From contig NC_090351.1 of NCBI RefSeq assembly GCF_035084215.1, positions 28,582,001-28,646,000 of the forward strand: 64,000 nucleotides of DNA, written 5' to 3'. Source of the stretch: Heptranchias perlo (lineage: Eukaryota). Below the pieces are notes generated by a model, which was not told the DNA's origin, ran no database searches, and saw only the letters and a program-made list of their open reading frames with translations. The position numbers and the translations under genes are program-made. Every line of letters starts with the position of its first letter. Position 1 is the first letter of the stretch. Shown here in pieces: positions 63,700 to 64,000 of this stretch.

Positions 63700-64000
63700 A
63701 TAACTTGAGCTCATCCAAATTTCTGCTGCCTGTATGCTAACTCACGCCAAGTCCCGTTCACCCATCACCCCTGTGCTTGCTGACCTACATTTGCTCCTGG
63801 TCTGGGAATGCATTGATTTAAAAATAATCATCCTTGTTTTCAAATCCCTCCATGACCTCGCTCCTCCCTATCTCAATAACCTCCTCCAGCCCTACAATCC
63901 TCAGCAATCTCTGCACTCCTCCAATTCCTGTCTCTTGCGCATCCCCGATTTTAATCGCTCCACCATTGGCGGCCGTGCCTTCAGCTGCCTAGGCCCTAAG
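63700..64000 (+). mobile_element. L2 LINE 3' fragment
   Basis: LELIQ.SAA..LT..KSRSPITPVLADLH motif. Confidence 0.8.

Noticed and set aside
1-64000. CRISPR arrays, rRNA, true tRNA genes or prokaryotic systems
   Set aside because: No repeat-spacer arrays or rRNA seen; tRNA-like A/B boxes belong to SINE heads; the genes are spliced vertebrate genes

Overview
Eukaryotic, AT-rich, repeat-dense vertebrate DNA; the repeat content (CR1/HER1-like and L2-group LINEs, tRNA/Deu-type SINEs, Penelope elements) suggests a cartilaginous fish (inference). Two intact spliced genes are present: IRF6 on the minus strand (8 coding exons, 32942->20141, 459 aa) and a divergently oriented GCAP2/GUCA1B-type gene (4 exons, 50279-53522, 196 aa). 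Reading by hand also revealed features the ORF track misses or does not explain. (1) A spliced vitamin-K-dependent Gla gene or pseudogene downstream of IRF6, with propeptide+Gla, aromatic-stack and Cys-loop exons, where the loop is expanded into a coiled coil. (2) An intron-containing ferritin pseudogene with an IRE-like remnant between IRF6 and GCAP2. (3) A non-autonomous hAT transposon (14-bp TIRs, 8-bp TSD) carrying an HDHD3 coding sequence. (4) Four insertions of a Penelope family with minimal hammerhead ribozymes, two of them fold-back palindromes (one a perfect 238-bp palindrome), plus a second hammerhead family just upstream of the GCAP2 ATG. (5) An extra 34-bp IRF6 exon and an intronic duplicate of part of the first coding exon. 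Repeat boundaries are approximate, and all family assignments come from recognised motifs, not database searches.
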